DNA of 51,188 nucleotides from Bacteroidales bacterium (GTDB lineage Bacteria; Bacteroidota; Bacteroidia; Bacteroidales; UBA3824): NCBI GenBank assembly GCA_017964465.1, contig JAGCRY010000182.1, positions 1 to 51,188 of the forward strand, read 5' to 3'. Shown piece by piece: positions 1 to 8,538 of this stretch (position 1 is its first letter; each line of letters starts with the position of its first letter). The notes under the pieces were generated by a model. It saw only the letters and a program-made list of their open reading frames with translations, ran no database searches and was not told where the DNA came from. The position numbers and the translations under genes were made by a program.

Positions 1-354
1 AAACACGCCGAAGAATCCGATTTTGGACGCGAATTTCAGGCGTTGAGGATGGCTATCAAGACCGTTGACAGCATCGATGAGGCTCTCGACCACATTTATA
101 AATACAGCAGCAAACATTCCGAGGCTATCATCACCGACGATGCCAATGCCGCTGAAAGGTTCCTCAATACCGTTGACGCCGCTTGTTGTTACTATAACAC
201 AAGCACTGCCTTTACCGATGGCGCACAGTTTGGACTCGGCGCAGAAATCGGCATCAGCACCCAAAAACTCCACGCCCGCGGCCCTATGGGCTTGAAGGAA
301 TTGACCACGTATAAGTGGAAGATTTTTGGAAATGGACAGGTGCGCAACGCGTAA
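1..354 (+). CDS. proA: Gamma-glutamyl phosphate reductase, 3' part (truncated by window edge)
   Basis: Frame open from base 1 ([20 protein letters not shown]...). Contains [37 protein letters not shown]. Confidence 0.97.
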   Translation, partial: KHAEESDFGREFQALRMAIKTVDSIDEALDHIYKYSSKHSEAIITDDANAAERFLNTVDAACCYYNTSTAFTDGAQFGLGAEIGISTQKLHARGPMGLKELTTYKWKIFGNGQVRNA

Positions 355-366
355 CGTCTGATACAT

Positions 367-418
367 CAATAAAACAAGACCGAATATCCATAATGGATGT
401 TCGGTCTCATTTTATTGT
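367..418. terminator. Bidirectional intrinsic terminator between proA and lipoprotein 1
   Basis: Inverted repeat caataaaa-caagaccgaatatcca / tggatgttcggtct-cattttattg between convergent genes. Confidence 0.85.
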
Positions 419-438
419 AGCAGCGTGTTTCGTGTGTG

Positions 439-1167
439 TTAGAATTCAATTTCGATGTTTGCAGGTGCAAGTTCGAGACTTGCGCCAGACACAGGGTCTT
501 TGTCAAAGGTGAATGTTACCGTGAACGTGTACTTGCCCTTGTCAGAAGGATGATTTTTTAGATAAAACTTTGCTCTCTCAGGAAACAAAATCTCACCTTT
601 GAAGTCCGAAAGGTGCGAAATGGAATCCAGTGAATAATCTCTGACATTGTCATAGTCATTCGGCTCATATCCATTCTTGATGAATGAATTGTATCGCGGA
701 TAACGGATGTCAAACAAGTCATTAAGCAAAGCCCCAGCTGGATGAGCCTCGTCGAAATCTTTGTCGGCGACAATAGAAATAGACTTCAACGGCATCATGC
801 AACCGTTTCCGTTGCGTTTTTGGAAGTGCCTTCCCCAAAATGACGTATCTCCATAAAATACGGCATATTCATGGAATTTTGAAAGAATTGAATCGTGACA
901 CCACGAATAATTAGGGTAATAAGACGTACTCTTTACCCCACTGACATTAAAAACTGAGATGTCAGCAATGAATGTAGCATCTTGGTCGTCTAAATACACC
1001 GGGATTATTAACGCCAAACAATGAGGTGTGAAGAAAGACTCCATGTAACTACCGGTTTTGTATACACCAGCAGAATTTGCAACATTGTCAGAAGAAGATT
1101 CGTTGTCTTCCTTGCTACACGACCACATCAGTAGTCCTGCAAGAAGTGTGAATAGTATCTTTTTCAT
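439..1167 (-). CDS. Lipoprotein, paralog 1 of 3 (orphan copy; possibly DUF5034-like, unverified)
   Basis: Lipobox LMWSC followed by SKEDNE. Shares DFDEAHPAG..LNDLF and C-terminal GKYTFTVT..FDKDPVSG..LELAPA.IEIEF with 1381-2094 and 3836-4540. Confidence 0.85.
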   Translation of the reverse strand: MKKILFTLLAGLLMWSCSKEDNESSSDNVANSAGVYKTGSYMESFFTPHCLALIIPVYLDDQDATFIADISVFNVSGVKSTSYYPNYSWCHDSILSKFHEYAVFYGDTSFWGRHFQKRNGNGCMMPLKSISIVADKDFDEAHPAGALLNDLFDIRYPRYNSFIKNGYEPNDYDNVRDYSLDSISHLSDFKGEILFPERAKFYLKNHPSDKGKYTFTVTFTFDKDPVSGASLELAPANIEIEF

Positions 1168-1178
1168 AGTTGTGTTGT

Positions 1179-1205
1179 TTAGTTAGGGTGAATATTTGTT
1201 GAAAT
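1179..1205 (-). pseudogene. Remnant 3' end of a deleted third C10 peptidase
   Basis: Minus strand reads att tca aca aat att cac cct aac taa (ISTNIHPN*), matching the C-termini ISTNIHPNK* and ISTQIHPNK* of the intact peptidases, fused directly to the cassette promoter. Confidence 0.8.
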
Positions 1206-1212
1206 TACGTCA

Positions 1213-1293
1213 CAAAAGTATAGCATAAATTTTTAAAATGCAATACCACGAAAGTAGTATTTTTGCAAAAATTTTATACTACGAAAGTGGTAT
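1213..1293 (-). promoter_or_regulatory. Cassette promoter 1 with paired 18-bp palindromic boxes
   Basis: -7 element TACTTTTG (1213-1220, minus). Boxes ATACCACGAAAGTAGTAT (1243-1260) and ATACTACGAAAGTGGTAT (1276-1293), 33 bp apart. Confidence 0.8.
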
Positions 1294-1305
1294 TTTTAGG
1301 GGAAA

Positions 1306-1358
1306 ACAAACAACCGACACCAAAATATATGATGTGAATTTTGGTGTCGGTTGTTTGT
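1306..1358 (-). terminator. Intrinsic terminator after lipoprotein 2
   Basis: 21-bp perfect stem acaaacaaccgacaccaaaat / attttggtgtcggttgtttgt, with a T-run on the minus strand. Confidence 0.85.
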
Positions 1359-1380
1359 AGCAGTGTGTTTCATGTGTGTG

Positions 1381-2094
1381 TTAGAACTCAATCTCGATGC
1401 TTGCGGGTGCGAGTTCAAGGCTTTCGCCCGACACGGGGTCTTTGTCGAATGTGAGAGTTACCGTGAAGGTGTATTTGCCATGGACGGAAGGATGATTTTG
1501 AAATATTAACTTAAATCTGTCTGGAAAGAGAAAATCACCCTTGAACGATGACAGTGGCGAAATGGAATCCAACATATAGTCACTACCCAATCGGCTCGGA
1601 GCATACTTATTGCTAATATACGAATAATTGTGTGGATAGCTTATGGACAATAAGTCATTAAGCAATGTGCCTGCTGGATGATTTTCGTCATAATTCCTAT
1701 CTGCAACGACTGAAATCGTTTTCAATGGCATAATACTGCCATGCCCTTTGGCTACCATAGTATGTTGTCCCCAATATGTCGTGTCGCCATAATAGTTCGC
1801 GTAGTTATAGTATGGCAACCGAATAGAATCCGGGCATGATGCGAAACAACAATAATATTTTATGTTCTCATTATCGACCCTCCATACCGACATGTCAGCA
1901 AGTATTGCATCTTTCCCTGGTGAAACAATGGAATACTCCAATTCAAGATTGCATGGTATGTAGTACATATCCATGTAGTTGGCTGTGGACTCACATACAA
2001 AATGCTCCGTCCTATCAACTTCAGTACCACTGTCTTCTTTGCTACAGGAATAAAAAAGTAGTCCTGCAAGAAGAATGAATAGGATTTTTTTCAT
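1381..2094 (-). CDS. Lipoprotein, paralog 2 of 3, partner of C10 peptidase 1
   Basis: Lipobox FYSC-SKEDS, NYDENHPAGTLLNDLL, shared C-terminus. Starts 9 nt after the peptidase stop. Confidence 0.85.
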   Translation of the reverse strand: MKKILFILLAGLLFYSCSKEDSGTEVDRTEHFVCESTANYMDMYYIPCNLELEYSIVSPGKDAILADMSVWRVDNENIKYYCCFASCPDSIRLPYYNYANYYGDTTYWGQHTMVAKGHGSIMPLKTISVVADRNYDENHPAGTLLNDLLSISYPHNYSYISNKYAPSRLGSDYMLDSISPLSSFKGDFLFPDRFKLIFQNHPSVHGKYTFTVTLTFDKDPVSGESLELAPASIEIEF

Positions 2095-2103
2095 AGTTGT
2101 GTG

Positions 2104-3600
2104 TTATTTGTTTGGGTGAATTTGTGTAGATATGTACAAATAGTACTTATAGAAATAGTGATTACGATAAATGTTGGTTGAATTTTGTAATTCGTTATTA
2201 CTATTCAATTGGTAGGCTTTGTTGTTGTCAAGCACATTAGTAGCGTAATAACCATCATTTAAATCTTCAAGCCCCCATCCCCAGTTGATATGAAAGAAGC
2301 AATCAGATTGTGTTGTTGTCCATGTGTTTACTTCAAACTCGCTAGACTCCTTACCGTCAGCATCATCGCGATACAGAATTAAGTATGTAGTCTGATGTTC
2401 TACGGAAAAGTGTTTTTTTGCATAGCCATCTACAATCCAAGTGTGACCGTCTTTCCCATTACTGCTTGGATTTGAACTTGTACACCCTGTCATTAATACA
2501 GGTCGTCTATCGTCCAAGGATTTTGTAATGTCATAGGTGTAATATCTTGACAAATTATTGCATGAATAGTTTTGTCTTCTTAGAAAGGAAATGGCATCTT
2601 TTGGATATGCTGAACTGCAGTTTATCCCGTAGGTAGTACCTATATGATTACCCACATATCTCACAAATCTTGCCACTTCATCTAAATGGTTTGGTTTAGA
2701 GGGGTTCACAATGTCAGACCAATTGAACGGGAACTTGTTGCTATATGCAGGTTTCCTCCAATATGCCATCAATTGAGCGGTAGCAATAGCAACACATCCT
2801 GCAAGGCATTTTGTTCCGTTTATTTCAGGTGCATATTTATTATACGGATTTTCTTGATGCCAACGTGCTGAGATGTATGGTCCAACGACATCTGTTCGCA
2901 AGTAGGTGGCACGATCCCAACTTGCTGTGCCTATGAAAATTCTGTCCGTGACTACTTTACTTTTCGACAATTCGACAGTAGTGTCTTGACTTATGCCCTG
3001 TACAGCAAGCAATTTGTCTGTTAGTGATTGCTCAACAGAATCCCTTTGGGCTTCCGCATTTGCGACACACAAGTCAACGTAATCCTGAGCCATGTCCATA
3101 AAGATTTGTAGCCCCGGATTGTCTGTATTTGCAGAAACGTTTCCTTCTTCCGAATACGCAAGTACACGTTCAGGAACTCTTACGTCGGCGCTTACCACAG
3201 CATAACCTTCGTCATAATTGAAAAGGTACATCAATGTGTCAATGTCCTCGGTGGTCGTGCCTGATTTACTGATAGTATGCTTAGACCTTGTGAGAACTTC
3301 GCATCGCGGCACTTCTGCACCACGTTTGGAGAGGGTGGGAGCATCTGAGGATTTGCCAAAAAAATTGCTGGCAATTTCCATAGCTTGTTCCATGGAGCGT
3401 TTCGGCGTTTTGTTTGACAATTCTTCGAGCAAAATCATCTCGTCCTGCGAGAGCAATACTCTTGGAACTTCTTTCGCCGATGATTCTTGTGGTGATTCAT
3501 TCACAGAAACTTCGTCGTTAGGTGATAGACCATCTTCACACGAAACGAAAGCGACTGCGAAAAACAACACAAGAAAACTCATTGATAGAATCTTTTTCAT
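2104..3600 (-). CDS. C10 family (streptopain/SpeB-like) cysteine peptidase lipoprotein with Spi/I69-like prodomain
   Basis: Lipobox FVSC, prodomain GYAVVSAD..VLAYS, oxyanion WHQ..PYN, catalytic AGCVAIATAQLM, GHTWIVDGY and HINWGW. Confidence 0.93.
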   Translation of the reverse strand: MKKILSMSFLVLFFAVAFVSCEDGLSPNDEVSVNESPQESSAKEVPRVLLSQDEMILLEELSNKTPKRSMEQAMEIASNFFGKSSDAPTLSKRGAEVPRCEVLTRSKHTISKSGTTTEDIDTLMYLFNYDEGYAVVSADVRVPERVLAYSEEGNVSANTDNPGLQIFMDMAQDYVDLCVANAEAQRDSVEQSLTDKLLAVQGISQDTTVELSKSKVVTDRIFIGTASWDRATYLRTDVVGPYISARWHQENPYNKYAPEINGTKCLAGCVAIATAQLMAYWRKPAYSNKFPFNWSDIVNPSKPNHLDEVARFVRYVGNHIGTTYGINCSSAYPKDAISFLRRQNYSCNNLSRYYTYDITKSLDDRRPVLMTGCTSSNPSSNGKDGHTWIVDGYAKKHFSVEHQTTYLILYRDDADGKESSEFEVNTWTTTQSDCFFHINWGWGLEDLNDGYYATNVLDNNKAYQLNSNNELQNSTNIYRNHYFYKYYLYISTQIHPNK

Positions 3601-3668
3601 TGTTGTTTCGTATTTGATTAATTACTCACCTTATAAACATAAGGTCATGTTCAATCTTGAACACGTTG

Positions 3669-3749
3669 CAAAAATATAACATAAATTTTTAAAATACAAT
3701 ACCACGAAAGTAGTATTTTTGCAAAAATTTTATACTACGAAAGTAGTAT
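3669..3749 (-). promoter_or_regulatory. Cassette promoter 2 with paired palindromic boxes
   Basis: -7 TATTTTTG (3669-3676). Boxes at 3699-3716 and ATACTAC-GAAA-GTAGTAT (perfect 7-bp arms) at 3732-3749. Confidence 0.8.
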
Positions 3750-3770
3750 TTTTTTGGGGAAAACAAACAA

Positions 3771-3807
3771 CCGACACCAAAATATAAGATGTGAATTTTG
3801 GTGTCGG
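3771..3807 (-). terminator. Intrinsic terminator after lipoprotein 3
   Basis: Stem ccgacaccaaaat / attttggtgtcgg, homologous to 1306-1358. Confidence 0.75.
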
Positions 3808-3835
3808 AAGATTGTTAAAGTGTGTTTCTTGTGTT

Positions 3836-4540
3836 TTAGAACTCAATCTCGATGCTTGCGGGTGCGAGTTCAAGACTTTCGCCCGACACTGGGTCTTTGT
3901 CAAATGTGAGCGTTACCGTGAAGGTGTATTTGCCCTTGATGGAAGGATAATTTTTTAGATAAAATTTTGCTTCCTCTGGAAATAAAAACTCGCCTTTGAA
4001 GTCCGAGAGGGGTGAGATGGAATCCAGGTCATAATCAATAACTCGGCCCTTGGGAATGTACCCACTCTTGATGAATGAATTGTATCGGGGGTAACGAATG
4101 TCAAACAAATCGTTGAGCAGAGTTCCAGCTGGATGTGCCTCGTCGAAATCCTTGTCGGCGACAATAGAAATAGACTTCAACGGCATCATGCAACCATTCC
4201 CGTTGTGTAATTGGGAGTGGTTTTCCAAATATGCCGTATCTCCGTAAAATACGGCATACTCATGGAATTTGGAACGTATAGAGTCATGACACCACGAATA
4301 ATTAAGGTAAGCTGCGCGCTTTACTCCTCTTGAAATGTCGGCAATGAATGTGGCATCTGATATCTCTAAGTCTGGAATCATTAACTCCAAAGACTTAGGC
4401 GTGAAGATAGTCTCCATGTAGCTACCGGTTGCGGAGGAGATGAAATGATTTGAGACATTGTCTGAAGAAGATTCATTGTCTCCTTTGTTACATGACCACA
4501 TCAATAGTCCTGCAAGAAGTATGAATAGTAGTCTTTTCAT
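3836..4540 (-). CDS. Lipoprotein, paralog 3 of 3, partner of C10 peptidase 2
   Basis: Start reassigned to ATG 4540 (MKRLLFILLAGLLMWSC) by homology with its paralogs. Same conserved motifs. Confidence 0.85.
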   Translation of the reverse strand: MKRLLFILLAGLLMWSCNKGDNESSSDNVSNHFISSATGSYMETIFTPKSLELMIPDLEISDATFIADISRGVKRAAYLNYSWCHDSIRSKFHEYAVFYGDTAYLENHSQLHNGNGCMMPLKSISIVADKDFDEAHPAGTLLNDLFDIRYPRYNSFIKSGYIPKGRVIDYDLDSISPLSDFKGEFLFPEEAKFYLKNYPSIKGKYTFTVTLTFDKDPVSGESLELAPASIEIEF

Positions 4541-4547
4541 AGTTGTG

Positions 4548-6044
4548 TTATTTATTAGGGTGAATATTAGTTGAGATGTACAAATAGTACTTATAATCAT
4601 ACTCGTCTGGATAGATATTATCTGATGGTTTCAATTCATTATGTTCATCCAATTCGTAGGCTTTGTTATTGTTAAGCACATTTGTAGCGTAATAACCATC
4701 ATTTAAATCACTACATCCCCATCCCCAGTTAAAATGTAAGAAGCAATCAGACTGACCTGTTGTCCATGTGTTTACTTCAAACTCGCTAGAAATTTGTCCG
4801 TTAGAATCATCGCGATATATAATTAAATATGTAGTCTGATGATCTACGGTAAAGTATTTTTTTGCATAGCCATCTATAATCCAAGTGTGACCGTCATCTC
4901 CATTACTGCTTGGATTTGATTTTGTACACCCTGTCATTAATACAGGTCGTCTATTGTCTATGGAATTTGTAATGTCATAGATGTAATATCTTGACAAATT
5001 ATTGCATGAATAGTTTTGTCCTCTTAGAAAGGAAATGGCATCTTTTGTATATGCAGGACTGCCGGTTGCCCCGTAGATAGTTCCTATATGATTACCCACA
5101 TATCTCACAAATCTTGCCACTTCATCTTTATGATTTGGTTTAGAAGGGTTCACAATGTCAGACCAATTGAACGGGAACTTGTTGCTATATGCTGGTTTCC
5201 TCCAATATGTCATCAATTGAGCGGTAGCAATAGCAACACATCCTGCATAGCATGGTGTTCCGTTTATTACAGGTGCATTGTTGTTATATGGTTTTAATTG
5301 ATGCCATTTCGTTGTGATGTATGGACCAACAATATCTGTTCGCAAGTAGGTGGCACGATCCCAACTGGCAGTGCCTATGAAAATTCTGTTCGTTACTACC
5401 TTGCTTTTCGACAGACTAACCATAGTGTCTTGACTTACGTCCTGTGCAGCAAGCAACTTTTCTGTGAGTGATTGCTCCACAGAATCCCTTTTGGCTTCAG
5501 CATTTGCGACACACAAATCAACGTAATCCTGTGCCATGTCCATAAAGATCTGTAGTCCTGGATTGTCGGTATCTACGGAAACGTTTCCCGCTTCCGAATA
5601 TGCAAGTACACGTTCAGGAACCCTGATGTCGGCACTTACGACAGCGTAGCCTTCATCATAGTTGAATACGTACAGCATTGTGTCGAGGTTTTCAGTCAAA
5701 GAACCTGATTTGCTAAGGCAGTTCTTTGACCTTGTGAGAACTTCGCATCGCGGTACTGATGTGCCGCTTTTGGAGAGGGTGGATGAAACAGAGCCTTTGC
5801 CCAAGAAATTGTTGGCAATGTCCATAGCCTGTTCCATGGAGATTTTCGGTGTTTTGTTCGACAATTCTTCGAGCAAAATCATCTCGTCTTGCGAAAGTAA
5901 TACTCTTGGAACTTCTTTCGCCGATGATTCTTGTGGTGATTCGGTTGCAGAAACTTCGCCGTTAGGTGATAGTTCATCTTCGCACGCAACGAAAGCGACT
6001 GCGAAAAACAACACAAGAAAACTCATTGATAGAATCTTTTTCAT
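4548..6044 (-). CDS. C10 family cysteine peptidase lipoprotein, paralog 2
   Basis: Same length (498 aa) and colinear with 2104-3600. AGCVAIATAQLM, GHTWIIDGY, HFNWGW. Confidence 0.93.
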   Translation of the reverse strand: MKKILSMSFLVLFFAVAFVACEDELSPNGEVSATESPQESSAKEVPRVLLSQDEMILLEELSNKTPKISMEQAMDIANNFLGKGSVSSTLSKSGTSVPRCEVLTRSKNCLSKSGSLTENLDTMLYVFNYDEGYAVVSADIRVPERVLAYSEAGNVSVDTDNPGLQIFMDMAQDYVDLCVANAEAKRDSVEQSLTEKLLAAQDVSQDTMVSLSKSKVVTNRIFIGTASWDRATYLRTDIVGPYITTKWHQLKPYNNNAPVINGTPCYAGCVAIATAQLMTYWRKPAYSNKFPFNWSDIVNPSKPNHKDEVARFVRYVGNHIGTIYGATGSPAYTKDAISFLRGQNYSCNNLSRYYIYDITNSIDNRRPVLMTGCTKSNPSSNGDDGHTWIIDGYAKKYFTVDHQTTYLIIYRDDSNGQISSEFEVNTWTTGQSDCFLHFNWGWGCSDLNDGYYATNVLNNNKAYELDEHNELKPSDNIYPDEYDYKYYLYISTNIHPNK

Positions 6045-6112
6045 TGTTGTTTTGTATTTGATTAATTACTCACCTTATAAAAAAAAGGTCATGTTCAATC
6101 TTGAACACGTCA

Positions 6113-6193
6113 CAAAAATATAGCATTAATTTTTAAAATGCAATACCACGAAAGTAGTATTTTTCAAAAAATCTTATACTACTTTCGTAGTAA
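6113..6193 (-). promoter_or_regulatory. Cassette promoter 3 with paired boxes (distal box has inverted core)
   Basis: -7 TATTTTTG (6113-6120). Boxes at 6143-6160 and ATACTACTTTCGTAGTAA at 6176-6193. Confidence 0.8.
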
Positions 6194-6239
6194 TTTTGGG
6201 GTAAAAAGCAATAAAAGTTGATTTTTAATGAGAAAAATA

Positions 6240-6270
6240 TTTGTGCGTTTTTCAATTATATATAAATTTG
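6240..6270 (+). promoter_or_regulatory. Bacteroidota sigma-A promoter of the LuxR gene
   Basis: TTTG (6240-6243) and TAAATTTG (6263-6270). Confidence 0.65.
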
Positions 6271-6301
6271 CAGATGCTAAGTTTTTTATCTAAACCTAAT
6301 T

Positions 6302-7039
6302 ATGAAAGTTAAAGATTTCTTTAAAGATTACAATGAGGTCAAAGCACCGTGCGACGTGGATGAATCTTTTTTGAGCGGTGTCATACATGCTGCCGAGGCT
6401 GCAACGCGGTCGTCTGGCGATGGCATTTATGTGGTGGATTACATAAGAAGAAAAGTAGTTTACGTGTCGTCCAACATTGCACGATGGTGCAATATGCCTA
6501 TAAATAAAGACTCTAAAGGCGGTTATGATGGTTATCTCGAACATATCAACGAAGAAGATTCTCGGATGCTTGACGAAATCAACCGTGTTTCTTTTGATTT
6601 TTGGAAGGACATGTCTGACGAAGAATGTATGAGTTATTCGGTATCGTACGATTTCCTGTTAGGCAACGCAATGCTCCATCAGCGTTACACTCCTATTTTG
6701 GTAAAAGACGGTTATGTTGTTATGGCGATGTGTATTCTTTCGCCTTCTCAGAGCAAAAAATCAGGAAACGTTGTAATGTCGTCCCCTGAAAATCAATACG
6801 AGTATATCTATTCCTTGACCAAAAGAGAATGGTCTAAAGTTGCAAAAATTTGTTTGTCGTCACGTGAAAAAGAAATAATACGTTCTTCTGTAAAGGGCTT
6901 GTCGTCCACCGAAATTGCTGAAAAAAACGGAACAAGCGAAACAACTGTAAAGACTCAAAAGCGGTTTTTGTTTAAAAAACTCGGAGTAAAAACCATGAGT
7001 GAAGCCATAAGTATAGCAATGAACAAAGGGATGCTGTGA
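6302..7039 (+). CDS. LuxR-family transcriptional regulator with N-terminal PAS-like domain
   Basis: C-terminal LSSREKEIIRSSVKGLSSTEIAEKNGTSETTVKTQKRFLFKKLGV HTH. N-terminal GIYVVDY..KVVYVSSN; no receiver domain. Confidence 0.92.
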   Translation: MKVKDFFKDYNEVKAPCDVDESFLSGVIHAAEAATRSSGDGIYVVDYIRRKVVYVSSNIARWCNMPINKDSKGGYDGYLEHINEEDSRMLDEINRVSFDFWKDMSDEECMSYSVSYDFLLGNAMLHQRYTPILVKDGYVVMAMCILSPSQSKKSGNVVMSSPENQYEYIYSLTKREWSKVAKICLSSREKEIIRSSVKGLSSTEIAEKNGTSETTVKTQKRFLFKKLGVKTMSEAISIAMNKGML

Positions 7040-7101
7040 AAAAAAATTGTCCATTTTTATTTTTTTTCTTACATTTGTGAATCCAATGTTAAATACATCA
7101 C

Positions 7102-8451
7102 ATGAAAAAAACTCTCATCCATAACGGCCGCATCGTCAACGACGGGCGGGTATTCACAGGCTCAATCCTCGTGGAGGACGACCGCATTGCAGGTGTCTAT
7201 GACACAAAGCATTACAAGGACATTCCCGAATATGACGAAAAGTTTGACGCTACGGGGAAGGTGATTTTCCCTGGATTCATCGATACCCACGTGCATTTCC
7301 GCGAGCCGGGTCTGACGCATAAGGCGGATATCCACAGCGAATCCCGTGCAGCGGCTGCGGGCGGCGTCACCACATATTTTGATATGCCCAACACAAAGCC
7401 GCCGACGACCACCGAAGAACTTGTGAATCAAAAATTTGCCATCGCCAAGGAACATTCTTTGGTCAATTATGGATTTTTTGTAGGGGCAACCAACGACAAT
7501 ATCGACGACCTCTTGCGGATGGATTACACCAAAGTATGCGGCATCAAGTTGTTTATGGGCAGTAGCACCGGCAATATGCTTGTTGACAATGAGGAATCGT
7601 TGCGGCGGCTTTTCCGCGAGGCACCGGTCAATATTGCCGCGCACTGCGAGAGCGAGGCGATCATAAAGGCGGAGACAGAGCGTTTCAAAAAACTATTTCC
7701 CACGGACGCGCACCCGCGCATACATCAGCACGTGCGCAATGCCAAAGCTTGTTACGAATCCACCGCCCTTGCCGTAGCCCTTGCCGAGGAGTACGAGACG
7801 CGGCTTCACGTTTGCCACATTTCCACCAAGCGCGAACTTAAATTGTTCAGCGATAAGCCGCTTGTCAACAAACTAATCACCGCCGAGGCTTGTATCCCTC
7901 ATCTTTGGTTTGATGCTGACGACTACGAGACCGCCGGCATACGCATCAAGTGCAATCCGTCCATCAAGACCCGCGCCGACCGCAATGCCATACGTTATGC
8001 CCTGACAGACAATATTATAGATAGCGTTGCCACTGACCACGCGCCGCACGCTTGGGATGAGAAAAACCGTCCGTATTTTGATGCTCCGTCGGGTATGCCG
8101 TCAGTGCAGTTTGGCATTGTTGTTATGATGGATTTGTATCACCGCAGGATTCTATCTCTCGAAACCATTGCGCAGAAAATGAGCCACGCCCCCGCAACGA
8201 TTTTCAAGATAAAAGACCGTGGCTATCTCCGCGAGGGTTATTTTGCCGACATTGCCATCATTGATCCCGATTCGCATTGGCAGATACACGACGACACTGC
8301 GATAAGCAAATGCAAGTGGACGCCCTTCGATAAGTTGTGGTTTGGCTCTCGCGTCGCCGCCACTATGGTAAACGGCAAATTCGTCTATCGCGACAATAAG
8401 ATTGTGGAAGGTCAGGACGCCGCGATGCAGGTGGCGTTTAATAGGGTTTGA
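7102..8451 (+). CDS. pyrC: Dihydroorotase
   Basis: PGFIDTHVHFREPG, DMPNT, KLFMGSSTG, ATDHAPH. Confidence 0.93.
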   Translation: MKKTLIHNGRIVNDGRVFTGSILVEDDRIAGVYDTKHYKDIPEYDEKFDATGKVIFPGFIDTHVHFREPGLTHKADIHSESRAAAAGGVTTYFDMPNTKPPTTTEELVNQKFAIAKEHSLVNYGFFVGATNDNIDDLLRMDYTKVCGIKLFMGSSTGNMLVDNEESLRRLFREAPVNIAAHCESEAIIKAETERFKKLFPTDAHPRIHQHVRNAKACYESTALAVALAEEYETRLHVCHISTKRELKLFSDKPLVNKLITAEACIPHLWFDADDYETAGIRIKCNPSIKTRADRNAIRYALTDNIIDSVATDHAPHAWDEKNRPYFDAPSGMPSVQFGIVVMMDLYHRRILSLETIAQKMSHAPATIFKIKDRGYLREGYFADIAIIDPDSHWQIHDDTAISKCKWTPFDKLWFGSRVAATMVNGKFVYRDNKIVEGQDAAMQVAFNRV

Positions 8452-8538
8452 AATAAACCTTTTGTTTTGTGGATATTTCAATTTTTTTTCATATTTTTGC
8501 GTTGTCAACATAATGTATAAACGCAACGTCAATTAAAG

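Noticed and set aside
4541-4600. 20-aa N-terminal extension of lipoprotein 3 in the ORF track
   Set aside because: It overlaps the peptidase 3' end; paralogs and the signal peptide place the start at 4540.
3218-6123. Duplicated 153-aa plus-strand ORFs (3218-3679, 5662-6123)
   Set aside because: Antisense to the duplicated peptidases; their similarity follows from the duplication.
1243-6193. Palindromic boxes as invertible-promoter or recombinase sites
   Set aside because: They lie upstream of, not flanking, the promoters and there is no recombinase in the window; the geometry fits operator sites.
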